A DNA stretch of 64,000 nt from assembly GCA_028688325.1 (NCBI GenBank), contig JAQTYI010000001.1:104820-168819 (forward strand). Direction: 5' to 3'. A program made the translations under genes and the position numbers. The notes beneath the pieces are model-generated. The model was not told where the DNA came from. It ran no database searches and saw only the letters and a list, made by a program, of their open reading frames with translations. This DNA is from Candidatus Portnoybacteria bacterium. GTDB taxonomy: Bacteria > Patescibacteriota > Minisyncoccia > Portnoybacterales > GWB1-42-6. This document shows, piece after piece, positions 18,904-28,588 of this stretch (positions within the stretch are counted from its first letter, which is position 1; each line of letters opens with the position of its first letter).

Positions 18904-19932
18904 TTAGATTTTTAAGTACTTTTTTACCCCCTCCACCACTTCTGGCGGCTGATTAAGAATCCGCTTGATTTCATTCAAGGATTTTTCCGCCGAAGTGTAT
19001 TCAACCGGGGTCCCCTGCCTTTCGGCATCCTTTAAAAACAGGGGGTCTTTGCTTACATCACCAAAGGCCTTTCTTAGGATGTCCGCTGTCTCTTTTCGCA
19101 TGCCCGGAGGAGCAACAAACGGCCGGGAAAGGTTGTCCATAATTGACCGGATGGCCATAAGCTGCTTGCCGATTTTATCCGTGGTTAAATCTTCATCAAC
19201 CGGCAAATATTTGGTTGCCGGATTGGAATTTCTTCCCCGCAAAATCGGCCTGAGCGCGCCTCGATCAATCGCCGGTTTTAAAAAACTGTATGCGGTCGCC
19301 GTGCCGTCCGTTTCCCCGCTCTCCACTTTCATCACCAGCCCGGGAGGAGGAGTGCCAGCATAGTATATGATCTTAATATTCTGGCTTAAAAAATTTTCCG
19401 CCAAAATACTGAATTGGGTGGAGCGGGACACTGGTCCGGCGCCGGCAATGGGGATTTTTTCCTTTACTTTCCTGAATTCGTCAAAGGTTTTATAGGGCAG
19501 ATTACCTCTGATGCACAGCAGGGTTATTTCGCTGCTGACCGACCCCAGCCAAGTAAATTGGCTGAAGTCAAATTTTATCCCCTCCATCTTTATTAACTGG
19601 CCCAGCAAAAGGCCGGGGTTAATGGTTCCAACGGTCAGGCCATCTGGCTTAACAACATTAAATACATAGTTTGCCGCCACCATGCTGCTGGCGGTCGGCT
19701 GGTGTTCGATAATAATCTTGGGATTGCCGGGAACATACTTGGGAAGATGTTTGGCCAGCAATCTGGATACATTATCAAACCCGCTGCCCGGAGGCCCCCC
19801 GACAATAATTTTGATTTTTTTGCCCTGATAGTACGGGGCGGCCCAAAGACCGGAAGAAAAAATAGTCAAAATAATAAAGAACGAAACTACCGCGTACATT
19901 GCCGCTCGCCACCCATACCTTTTCATAATCAA
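18904..19932 (-). CDS. tctC: Bug/TctC-family tripartite tricarboxylate transporter substrate-binding protein
   Basis: 342 aa with a signal/anchor sequence. Size and composition match the Bug family. It is adjacent to tctAB. Confidence 0.55.
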   Translation of the reverse strand: MIMKRYGWRAAMYAVVSFFIILTIFSSGLWAAPYYQGKKIKIIVGGPPGSGFDNVSRLLAKHLPKYVPGNPKIIIEHQPTASSMVAANYVFNVVKPDGLTVGTINPGLLLGQLIKMEGIKFDFSQFTWLGSVSSEITLLCIRGNLPYKTFDEFRKVKEKIPIAGAGPVSRSTQFSILAENFLSQNIKIIYYAGTPPPGLVMKVESGETDGTATAYSFLKPAIDRGALRPILRGRNSNPATKYLPVDEDLTTDKIGKQLMAIRSIMDNLSRPFVAPPGMRKETADILRKAFGDVSKDPLFLKDAERQGTPVEYTSAEKSLNEIKRILNQPPEVVEGVKKYLKI

Positions 19933-19956
19933 CTCTCCTCTCTCTGTTTTTCTGCG

Positions 19957-20385
19957 TTATAAGTTTGACAAAGGCAGTTCTGAAACAGGAATTTCTTCCG
20001 TTTCAAACGCACCGTCAAAACCTCTATTCAACAAATCCATGGCCTTTAAAAAACGATGGCGCACCCCTTCTTCTCCCGAGGGCTTTCTGTCGCCGATCTT
20101 TTCATCAAGCCGCCGAAACTCGGCTGCATTGGAACCGCGGTAACGATAAGGGGTTATTGTCGTTAAACGATAAGCCCTGCCGCTCTTGCGTCCGATAATG
20201 GTGAATGTTCTTTTGCCGCCGGATTTTTCGCCGTAATTTTCCAGGATCAGATTGCCTTTTTCCGTTGTTACCCCCAGCAGCACTTTTAAAGCGTCCACGC
20301 CGCAAGAATCATTTTCGGGAATTACCATCACTTCTTCGCCGGAACGGTCCGGCCCGAAAAGACGGATCGCTTCTTTTGCCGCCAA
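19957..20385 (-). CDS. Hypothetical protein (weak FmdE-like resemblance)
   Basis: 142 aa. The DSCGVDALKVLLG segment loosely resembles the FmdE HxCPG region. Confidence 0.25.
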   Translation of the reverse strand: MAAKEAIRLFGPDRSGEEVMVIPENDSCGVDALKVLLGVTTEKGNLILENYGEKSGGKRTFTIIGRKSGRAYRLTTITPYRYRGSNAAEFRRLDEKIGDRKPSGEEGVRHRFLKAMDLLNRGFDGAFETEEIPVSELPLSNL

Positions 20386-20683
20386 GTACCCGTAAACCAG
20401 CCCAAGGCAAAGATGGCTGTGAAAATCAACGCACTTTTGCAGATCAGCGGGAATCGCTCCTTCTTTCCCTGCCGATAACTTTTTATTTTTTCCCTTTATA
20501 AATGCCTCCTTTCATGCAAAATATAATTTATGGTTTTTTAAGAACTGCTTGGTCTTTATCGGCCATTTCGCGCCTAAAAAACACTGTTCATACGATAACA
20601 TAAATATTATAACATATCAACCAAAAACCTATCAGATAATTCTGCCGCGCCCGGCCATAAAGATTTACCGCCGATACCCATCT

Positions 20684-21346
20684 TTATTTCTTAACGAAAA
20701 ATCCTGTCACTATCGAACGGCGCGCTGCCTCAATGTTAATGATAATTTTTTCACTGACCGCGCCTTCCGGAAAAAGATTATTTTTTTTAAGAAGCTCTGA
20801 CAGACCGTTTTTCGGCAAAAGAACCGAAGGTCGGCCGGAAGCCCTCAAATAAACGAATTTTTTGTCTTTGGCTTTTTTCAATTTATCACTCGTGGTTTTG
20901 GAAGAAAAAACCGCCAGCACCAATTTTCCGCCACTTTTAAGTATCCTTGCCGTTTCACTGAACGCCGTTCTCAATTCTTGAAAAGAGCAGGCATTATGGT
21001 ATGTCCCAATCGAAACGGCGTAATCAAAAAATCCGTCCGGGTACGGCAAAGAAGTCATGGGAGCGGAAACAATGTTTCTCGCCATTTTCCCGCTTATTTT
21101 GGCGATTCTTTTTTTCGTGAATCTGACCATCGCCCCGGCGCAATCGCAGGCGTAAACATCAAAGCCGAGCTTAACCAACAGCTCCGCGTTTCTTCCTCCG
21201 CCGCAACCGATATCCAACACCTTAATCCCTTCGGCCTTTTTTATTTTGGTGAAATAATCCGCGATCTGTGCGGAGGGCTCCATATCCGCGAAAACATTTA
21301 CGATTTTTTTTGAATTAAAATGTTTTCTAATTATTTTCTGGCTCAT
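20684..21346 (-). CDS. Class I SAM-dependent methyltransferase
   Basis: Motif I VLDIGCGGGRNA. Confidence 0.7.
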   Translation of the reverse strand: MSQKIIRKHFNSKKIVNVFADMEPSAQIADYFTKIKKAEGIKVLDIGCGGGRNAELLVKLGFDVYACDCAGAMVRFTKKRIAKISGKMARNIVSAPMTSLPYPDGFFDYAVSIGTYHNACSFQELRTAFSETARILKSGGKLVLAVFSSKTTSDKLKKAKDKKFVYLRASGRPSVLLPKNGLSELLKKNNLFPEGAVSEKIIINIEAARRSIVTGFFVKK

Positions 21347-21553
21347 GTTCTCTCTTTATGCGATTTTTTAAAAAAGTTGGCTGATGCGTTATCGCGCCTA
21401 AAAAACTCCGATAACAAGATAATGATAATATTTTAACATATCGATTGGCTATCGTGGTTCCTGCTCTATTTCAAAACCGCGGCTAAACTTGCCGCAATCA
21501 TAATAAGTCCGTTGTTTTTAATATAAGATCGGTTTGACGGAGGCAAAACAGCG

Positions 21554-22843
21554 ATGTTATTCTTATCTACAATGGACGACAATAATCTGCCAAAATTCAA
21601 GAAATTATTGCGCTTTGTTTATAAAAACAAGCTCAGCGATTTTTATCGCGCCAAATACGGCAAAGCGGGATTTAATCCCCCGGCGGATTTCCGTTCAATG
21701 AACGATGTTGAAAAGATTCCCCTCCTCTCCAAAAAAGAATTGTCCCAAAAAACCGCCGGGGAAATATTATTTGTTCCGGAAAAAGACATTCTTTGCATAG
21801 CCGCATCTTCCGGCACGACGGGAGAGCCGATGTTATTCTTTCACTCCAAACCCGAAAAGCCCGGCGTGTTCCGCCTTCACGGCGCGCCCTTCGGCCGGAT
21901 AATGTTTTTAAGAAATTCCTTCCGCGCCGGCCGAGATGTATTAAGGGCGCACGAATTGGAGCACGCTTCATTGGTCGGCGACATCCACGACCTGTCCACC
22001 AGCTGCCGATTGGCGGAAAAAGCCGGAATTGAAACCATTGTGACCATCCCCACCTTGGCCATCATATTAAAGGATTATCTGAAAAAATACCCGAATTTGG
22101 AAAAATCATTGAAATTTTTCCGTTTAAGCGGCGAAACAGTTTCTCCCGTCAAAAAAAACTTTTTGAAAAAATTGTTTCCCGGCGTGGAAATTTTTTTCCA
22201 CTACGGCAGCGCCGAGACCAGTCGGCGGGCGTACCAATGCCGGTACCTGGCCCGCAAAGACGGTCCTGTTTTCTATCACCCGTTGCTGGCCGATTTTCAT
22301 TTCGAGCTGATAGACCAAGAAACCGGCCAACCGACCAAGTTCGGCGAGAAAGGAGAACTGGTGCTAACTGATTTTTGGAACCGGGCCACACCCTTGATCC
22401 GGTATAAAACCGGCGACTCGGCCAGCTTTCATAAAAATAACTGCCCTTGCGGCGCCCCCGGGCCCTTGCTGCAAGTTTGGGGCAGGATAAATCGTGATTC
22501 GGTCCGCGCCGGCGGGCTTGAAATAAGGAAAGATATGCTGGAAAAACCGCTTATTAATTTAAGGGACCATATCAAAGAAGATTTTGAAGCGCATATCTAT
22601 GAAAGCTTCGTAAACACCAAACCAAAAATAAAAATAATCTTGAATTTGTCTCTGAAAGAGGGCGTCGAGGAATCGCTCTGGCTCAAAAAAACAATAACCG
22701 AAGAATTTTTAAAGAACTGTCAGCTCTCTCCCCGCTTGAATTTGAAAATGGCGGTCGAGGCCGGATTGTTCTACCGGCCGGAAATAAATTTCGTCGTCTT
22801 CCCCCGATCGGCCAAGACCAAAGGAGCGTTGATTCTACACTGA
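21554..22843 (+). CDS. Adenylate-forming enzyme, phenylacetate-CoA ligase / coenzyme F390 synthetase (PaaK) family
   Basis: SSGTTGEP AMP-binding motif. 429 aa, which fits the PaaK family. Confidence 0.6.
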   Translation: MLFLSTMDDNNLPKFKKLLRFVYKNKLSDFYRAKYGKAGFNPPADFRSMNDVEKIPLLSKKELSQKTAGEILFVPEKDILCIAASSGTTGEPMLFFHSKPEKPGVFRLHGAPFGRIMFLRNSFRAGRDVLRAHELEHASLVGDIHDLSTSCRLAEKAGIETIVTIPTLAIILKDYLKKYPNLEKSLKFFRLSGETVSPVKKNFLKKLFPGVEIFFHYGSAETSRRAYQCRYLARKDGPVFYHPLLADFHFELIDQETGQPTKFGEKGELVLTDFWNRATPLIRYKTGDSASFHKNNCPCGAPGPLLQVWGRINRDSVRAGGLEIRKDMLEKPLINLRDHIKEDFEAHIYESFVNTKPKIKIILNLSLKEGVEESLWLKKTITEEFLKNCQLSPRLNLKMAVEAGLFYRPEINFVVFPRSAKTKGALILH

Positions 22844-22848
22844 CACCA

Positions 22849-24324
22849 ATGAAAAATAAGCGTTTGTTTTCGATTTTTTCTCCAGGCATCTTGGCGGTTC
22901 TGCTCATTTTGGCGGCCGCTCTCGTTTTTTTCGCGCTCAAAAACCAGCAAAAATCCGCCCAAGAAAACTTAGCAGCTTTTAATGAAATGACATCCTTAGA
23001 CCCCCTTTTTTATTCGCCGTTTTTTGACCAAAAAAACTTTGACGAAGCGATCAACGGCTTGGCGGAATCGGAAAATATCCTCAAAAAAAGTATTGTCGAC
23101 AACCTCAAGCTTCCCACCAATGCCAATGAAGCGTGGCATGTCCCCGTACTGAAAGACACGCCTCTCTTCCCTTTCCAGTTTTTAAGGGATTTATCCGTGA
23201 TAAACCGAAAAACCGATGAATTCTTAAAAAACCCCTCCCCAAAACAAGCCCGGAATCTTTTGGCGCTTTATGATGACGCCGCCGACGCTTATCTTGAAGG
23301 TGTTTCGAATCTGATCAGCGGCCTCGAGCAGACCGAGAGAAAAAAACTCATGGATTCTTACTTCTTTTTTACCGACAGCGTCTCTTCCGTCAATGTCGCC
23401 AAAAATGACCTATCGACTATCCGGGCCAACGGCTATGCGCTGAAAGAGGAAATAAAAAAAAGAAGAAAATGCCTTCTGGATAAAACATTCTGCCGCGTAT
23501 CAGCCGCCAAAGACAACGGCTCTTTTGTCGATTCCCTGAACGCTGATTTCAATTTAAAAGGCGAAAAAATCGATTTTATCAAAAATACCCTCCCCGCCGC
23601 CGCCCAAGATAAAATAAAAGGGCCTTATAAAATCGCCTCTCCCTGCTGGCAAGGTGCCGATTCCAAACATTGGCTGTATCTTATCTACGCCGCAAAAGAC
23701 AACAAATCCATCGTTATCCCGAAACTGGCGGACCAAAATTATTATCAAAAACTTCCCCCTCGTTCGGAGGCCAAAACAAACGAGATTCTTTTATTGGAAA
23801 AAAATATAAATTTTGTCAGGCGCCTGGAAGCCAACACTTATCAATGCCTTGACTTGAATTTTTACCCCCTTCTTCTTGCTTTGGATTTTATAAAAGACCG
23901 GTTTGGCGCAAAAAAAATCACCATTGGCGATTTTAATGAAAACCCTGGTTATCGGCTGCTGGCGGAAAACCAATTCGGCCTAATTGCGCCGGCCATAAAC
24001 AGAGTTTCCGACAATCTGAAAACACTGAAAATAAACCTGCTGATTAATAAAGCAACCGTTTCTCCAGAATATTTATTTTCGGTAAGGTCCTCTTATTCGA
24101 TTTTTTATTTCCCTTTTGCCAGGTCAATCTGGAGAGCCGACAGACAGCTTCAATATTTTATTCCCAAGGAAGATGCGCCATTAAATAAAGAATCGGGTTA
24201 TTTCACTTTAGATCAATTGGAAAAAATGGGTTATTCAAAAAAAGAAATCGAGCGATTCAATGTCAACACCGCTGGCCTCCTTGAACTTTTCAAGGCATCG
24301 CCGGAAAGTCAATCTCTCAAATAA
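22849..24324 (+). CDS. Membrane-anchored hypothetical protein
   Basis: 491 aa. An N-terminal TM, then a large hydrophilic domain. Confidence 0.35.
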   Translation: MKNKRLFSIFSPGILAVLLILAAALVFFALKNQQKSAQENLAAFNEMTSLDPLFYSPFFDQKNFDEAINGLAESENILKKSIVDNLKLPTNANEAWHVPVLKDTPLFPFQFLRDLSVINRKTDEFLKNPSPKQARNLLALYDDAADAYLEGVSNLISGLEQTERKKLMDSYFFFTDSVSSVNVAKNDLSTIRANGYALKEEIKKRRKCLLDKTFCRVSAAKDNGSFVDSLNADFNLKGEKIDFIKNTLPAAAQDKIKGPYKIASPCWQGADSKHWLYLIYAAKDNKSIVIPKLADQNYYQKLPPRSEAKTNEILLLEKNINFVRRLEANTYQCLDLNFYPLLLALDFIKDRFGAKKITIGDFNENPGYRLLAENQFGLIAPAINRVSDNLKTLKINLLINKATVSPEYLFSVRSSYSIFYFPFARSIWRADRQLQYFIPKEDAPLNKESGYFTLDQLEKMGYSKKEIERFNVNTAGLLELFKASPESQSLK

Positions 24325-24442
24325 TAGAATCTCGCCCTTAATTCAGGGTAGCCGATCATCAATAGATGCCGGTCATTTTAAGCAATGAAAAACACCGATT
24401 TGCCGGTGAAATAATATTACCGCTCTTATCGGGGGATAAACG

Positions 24443-24766
24443 CTAAAAAATTCCGCTGCAACCGACGGAGAAACAATTGACTATTTCCGTTTTGCCATAT
24501 TCCTTTAAAATTAAATCATTCCCCTGTTCGTTCAGCAGGTCGTCGCAAACCACTTTGGGCTTATTTGCTTCCTTTTTACTTAAATCCGGCGCGCCGGAAC
24601 GGCTGGAGTCATAATTTTCCCTCGGCGGCTGTTTTAGGCCGTAACTAAAACCGTTTTTTGCTTCCTTAATGATTATCCCGACCGCCGCGCTCAGCAATAA
24701 AACGCCCAGAGAAACGATTTTTACTATCTTTTTTGTTTTTTTATTCAATATGGACATATTTTTCAA
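24443..24766 (-). CDS. Small anchored protein with C-terminal Cys cluster (candidate substrate or accessory)
   Basis: 107 aa. TM/signal segment, then ...VVCDDLL...IVNCFSVGCSGIF. The start is TTG at 24766 or ATG at 24757. Confidence 0.35.
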   Translation of the reverse strand: MKNMSILNKKTKKIVKIVSLGVLLLSAAVGIIIKEAKNGFSYGLKQPPRENYDSSRSGAPDLSKKEANKPKVVCDDLLNEQGNDLILKEYGKTEIVNCFSVGCSGIF

Positions 24767-24866
24767 ACGATGATCTTTTATCCGGACGCATCATCTTCTC
24801 TTGTCTATAATATCACGCTTCTTTTAATTTACCTTAATCATTATCCACAATCGCCGGCAATATCAG

Positions 24867-25814
24867 CTATCCCGCCCGATAGATAACCGGCTTTAATTCT
24901 TCGTCCCCGTAATGGCCCAGATATGTTTTCCAGATTCCTTCGCACCGGTCGCGCAACCGGCACTTCTGGCACTTGGCGGTTTTAGCCCGACCGACCATGG
25001 CCCGGGAACTCTCCACATCAAAATTAACAAAGTCCGGAGCCAGATGCTCCGTTTTGAATTTTTCAACTTCCAGTAGTTCGCTCACCTGGTCAAGGTAATC
25101 GGCAAAATAACAAAGGGGCACATAACGGATATGCCAATGCCCGGCTTTATTTTTTTTGCCGATATCCAGGCACTGCCGTATAAAAGGCGCGGCTTCCGAT
25201 ATTTTGGGGACAAGTTCTTCAAAATTGTTGTGCGCCGCCCCCTCGTTGCAGTCAACAAAAATAAATTCGCAATTGCGGATGCCGAGCCCCAAAATGAACT
25301 CCCCGATTTTTGGCAGCTCTTGATAATTATGTTTGACGATAGTTGTGTTGGAGCCGATATTTTCAATCCCTAAGAATTCTTTGGCGTTGTTTAAGCCCGC
25401 CAGCAATTGGTCAAAACTGCCCTTGGCCTGGGTCAAAAAATCGTGCGTACCGGCGCTTGCGCCGTGAATAGAAAAAACCACGCTGTTAAGTCCGGCGGCA
25501 AAAAGTTTTTTCGCGTAAGGCCGGTAAGAAAGCATCCGGCCGTTGGTAGCCATCATGATGGTTTTAAAACCTAAGGCCTTGGCTTTTTTCACCAGGCGCA
25601 CAAAATCCGGCCTGACTGTGGTTTCTCCGCCGATGAATTCCAGATAGGTGGTTCCCCTTTTTCTGGCGTCGAGCATTTCCCGCTCGATCTGCGCCGTGCT
25701 TTTCTTGACTAGCCGGCGCTTGTCCGAGTCAATGCAAAAACGGCAATTGTTATTGCACTCATACCCGATGATGATGACGGTTTTTTTTATTTTCGACTGC
25801 TGCTTCCTTTTCAT
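24867..25814 (-). CDS. Radical SAM enzyme, twitch/SPASM-like paralog 1
   Basis: CNNNCRFC, GGETT, TNGRML, SIHGASAGTHD, AKGSF. C-terminal C-x2-C-x5-C (CQKCRLRDRCEGIW). The start is taken as the ATG at 25814, which overlaps the upstream gene stop in an ATGA arrangement. The track gives 25895. Confidence 0.8.
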   Translation of the reverse strand: MKRKQQSKIKKTVIIIGYECNNNCRFCIDSDKRRLVKKSTAQIEREMLDARKRGTTYLEFIGGETTVRPDFVRLVKKAKALGFKTIMMATNGRMLSYRPYAKKLFAAGLNSVVFSIHGASAGTHDFLTQAKGSFDQLLAGLNNAKEFLGIENIGSNTTIVKHNYQELPKIGEFILGLGIRNCEFIFVDCNEGAAHNNFEELVPKISEAAPFIRQCLDIGKKNKAGHWHIRYVPLCYFADYLDQVSELLEVEKFKTEHLAPDFVNFDVESSRAMVGRAKTAKCQKCRLRDRCEGIWKTYLGHYGDEELKPVIYRAG

Positions 25815-27037
25815 AAGCGACTGACCCATTCCAATAAGATATTGGCCAGAGATTTTTCCAGAAGCAAAGTGGTTATCGCTCCCGCGAACATCCACAAGGC
25901 GAACGGAGAACTTTTAAAGACATTCAACGAATCGATATTTTTACCCAAAAGAACCGCCTTGATCTTTTGGGCCCCCTCGCTGCTCAAACCGCCGATGGAA
26001 TCGCCTTTCATATCCGCCAGGCCCATGCTTTCCAGGCAAGCCGGATCAATCGCCATGCCGGGCTTCAGATCCGCAGTTTTCACCGTCTGAAGCTGATTTT
26101 TTTTCGTATAAAAATCCGACAGCCACTGGAACAAAGCCAGCAGAACAACAAAAATAACAGACGCGTTGACCGTCCGATAAAGTATCTGCAAGGTGGCGGA
26201 AAAATCATTTAAAAGGCCGAGAACGCAGATAAGAACGGTTGCCGATATTATCCATTTGGCGGCCCGGGCTTTCTTGATCGCGCCGGCCACGGCTTTATTA
26301 AAGAGAATCAAGGCCGCAAAAATTATCTGCTGCGCGCCCCCCAGATCGATCGACCAGCGGGATTGCGCCAGATGCTGGATGAAGTTGAACGCCAATATCA
26401 GGAATACCGGGATCATCAATCCGTTCAAAAAACTCTTGATCTTGTCTGCGGCCTTGGGCAAAAAATGCGCCCAATCAAAAATCTTTTCCCGCCTCAGCGC
26501 CTCAAAAAAACCGGCAGGATTATCCGCCAGCCGCCGGTAAAAGGAAAAGAAAAAGTGGCCGATCGCGCTGAATAAAAAATAAACCCAAAAAACAAGAAAG
26601 ATGTTGACCAGCAGGACAAAAGAGGGAAAGACCGGCAAATAGGACTTTTGATAATGAAAAAGCGGAATGAGTAGGGAGTAAACGATGAAAAGCTTGGCAT
26701 CGCCGGCCGCCCAAGAGTTGGCTTTCCACATGATAAAGCTCACCACCGCGGCGACAATGAAATTCAGAAAACTTTTCAGCAAGAACGGCAGATTGAAAGT
26801 ATATACCGTCAATGGCGCGTCCGCCGGCAACTTCAAAATTTTGGAATGATAAAAAGCGGTCAGTGAAGGAGCCAAAAAATACCAGACGAGAAACAAAAAA
26901 AGCGCTCCCAGCCCCCAATATAACCCCAAGGTTATCCATTTATTCCTGATCTTATTATATTTTATGTCTTCATAGCTTGTGACCAGTCCAATAAAAAAAA
27001 GCATCGGCAACAACACTATGTCAAGCAATAGCAACAT
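25811..27037 (-). CDS. Polytopic membrane protein with N-terminal A24-type aspartyl peptidase-like domain (TadV/CpaA-like)
   Basis: Motif YEDIKYNKIRN aligns with the YDLRHYIIPD of the pilD in this window. Motif AAGDAKL aligns with GMGDVKL. About 250 aa of additional TM domain follow. Confidence 0.45.
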   Translation of the reverse strand: MLLLLDIVLLPMLFFIGLVTSYEDIKYNKIRNKWITLGLYWGLGALFLFLVWYFLAPSLTAFYHSKILKLPADAPLTVYTFNLPFLLKSFLNFIVAAVVSFIMWKANSWAAGDAKLFIVYSLLIPLFHYQKSYLPVFPSFVLLVNIFLVFWVYFLFSAIGHFFFSFYRRLADNPAGFFEALRREKIFDWAHFLPKAADKIKSFLNGLMIPVFLILAFNFIQHLAQSRWSIDLGGAQQIIFAALILFNKAVAGAIKKARAAKWIISATVLICVLGLLNDFSATLQILYRTVNASVIFVVLLALFQWLSDFYTKKNQLQTVKTADLKPGMAIDPACLESMGLADMKGDSIGGLSSEGAQKIKAVLLGKNIDSLNVFKSSPFALWMFAGAITTLLLEKSLANILLEWVSRL

Positions 27038-27084
27038 TGATTTAATGGGAATTGCGGCTAATTTTCTAGGCCGCGTTGATTAAT

Positions 27085-27597
27085 CTATTTTTTTACTTCA
27101 GCGCACAAAGGAGCGGTTTTAAAATTCCTGTCTCCCCAGCCCCACCAGCCGGCTTTCTGCCCGCTTGCATCCTCAACGGTCACGCCCCAATAATACGGCT
27201 TGTCAAATTCCAATTCCGGCCCGTCAACCGAATAATTTGTTGCCGGCGACTCTTTTTTTTGCGCGTCAAACACCACCATGGGAAAAACATTGTTATAATA
27301 GGCCTGGCTGCTGACCTGAACCTGAAAATATTTTTGATCTTTGGCCGCCGCTTCATCGCAATATTTCCATTTGAAGGTCGGGGTCGGAAAATTTCCGTTG
27401 TAGCATTGCGGCTGCTCGACCGAAACGCTGCAAAACGGGAACGCGACCTCCGGCCCGAAAAATTGCGTCAACTGCAAAGATTGTGTGTCATTCTTTAAAT
27501 AAAACCGGTTAAAAAAATATCCCAAAACGACAACCGCAACGATAATAATGATTATTAATTTTATATTATTTTTAAAAAAATTGGTTAAAGCGCTCAT
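27085..27597 (-). CDS. Membrane-anchored Cys-containing hypothetical protein
   Basis: 170 aa. An N-terminal TM (IIIIIVAVVVLGYFF) and 4 Cys. Confidence 0.35.
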   Translation of the reverse strand: MSALTNFFKNNIKLIIIIIVAVVVLGYFFNRFYLKNDTQSLQLTQFFGPEVAFPFCSVSVEQPQCYNGNFPTPTFKWKYCDEAAAKDQKYFQVQVSSQAYYNNVFPMVVFDAQKKESPATNYSVDGPELEFDKPYYWGVTVEDASGQKAGWWGWGDRNFKTAPLCAEVKK

Positions 27598-27637
27598 ATT
27601 GATATTGTTTTAATTAATTATAAAGCTTATGTATATA

Positions 27638-28588
27638 TTATAATATCACAACATCACCTGCCGGCAAAATGTTATTGATCGGCCGGTAAAAATCGCCGGA
27701 CAGCTCCATTCCTATCTTTTCTTTGACTGGAAAAAAATCTTCCCGGCCGACGCTCTTCAAATATCCTTTATGAATCCCGGAGCAAAGCTTTTTATAGCCG
27801 CATTTGCCGCAAGCCCTGACAAAACTCACTTCCTTGGCCGGCAAAGTCCGCCAAACATACGGCCAGATATTTTTGGCGACTGTGCACAAAGGAAAATGAT
27901 AGAACCTTATATCCTTGAAATCTTTCAGGATCGGCCCGGCTTCGTCAAGATACGGGCGCGCCTGGGCGTAATTAATTTTGACCAAATCAATATTTTTTAT
28001 GGCCTGCGCTTCAAATTCCATAAAAATAACGATTACCCTGTCTAGATCCTGAAATTTATCGCGCAACAGCCGCAGTGTGCCGCCGATATGTCGAAAAGTG
28101 GCTTTATTCAGAACGGTCCTGACGCCTATCTCTTGTCCCGGACGCCTGTTTTCCAAGATTATCCGCAGTCCCTTGGCCGCCTGCTCAAAGCTCCCCGCGG
28201 CCCTGGTTACGCCGTCGTGCACCGCGCTTTCCGGCCCGCAAAGCGACATATCAATTTCCAGATTATTGGTCACGGCCAAAAATTTTTCTGCAAAATCCCG
28301 ATAAATGAATCTCCGTCCGTTGGTTAAAAGCTTGATGCGCTGAGCGGGAAATGTTTTAGCCAAGTATCTAAAAATATCCAAAAAACGCGGGTGCAAGGTC
28401 GGCTCCCCGCCTGTCAGATAAATGGATTCGGCGGCTTTTATTTTTTTCCGGTTTTTTTCAAGCCGCCCGATGATCGCTTCAAAAGAATAATCAAAACTGC
28501 CGTCCCAAGCTGGCCAGGGCCTGTCGGGGTTGGTGCACATCAAACATTTGTTGTTGCATCTGTCCCAGACGCAAAGATCAATGGTCAT
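27638..28588 (-). CDS. Radical SAM enzyme, paralog 2
   Basis: CNNKCLMC, GGEPTL, TNGRRF, C-terminal CGKCGYKKLCSG. Confidence 0.8.
   Translation of the reverse strand: MTIDLCVWDRCNNKCLMCTNPDRPWPAWDGSFDYSFEAIIGRLEKNRKKIKAAESIYLTGGEPTLHPRFLDIFRYLAKTFPAQRIKLLTNGRRFIYRDFAEKFLAVTNNLEIDMSLCGPESAVHDGVTRAAGSFEQAAKGLRIILENRRPGQEIGVRTVLNKATFRHIGGTLRLLRDKFQDLDRVIVIFMEFEAQAIKNIDLVKINYAQARPYLDEAGPILKDFKDIRFYHFPLCTVAKNIWPYVWRTLPAKEVSFVRACGKCGYKKLCSGIHKGYLKSVGREDFFPVKEKIGMELSGDFYRPINNILPAGDVVIL

Noticed and set aside
19957-20385. Assignment as an FmdE-family protein.
   Set aside because: It lacks the HxCPG core and the C-terminal zinc ribbon. It is left as hypothetical.
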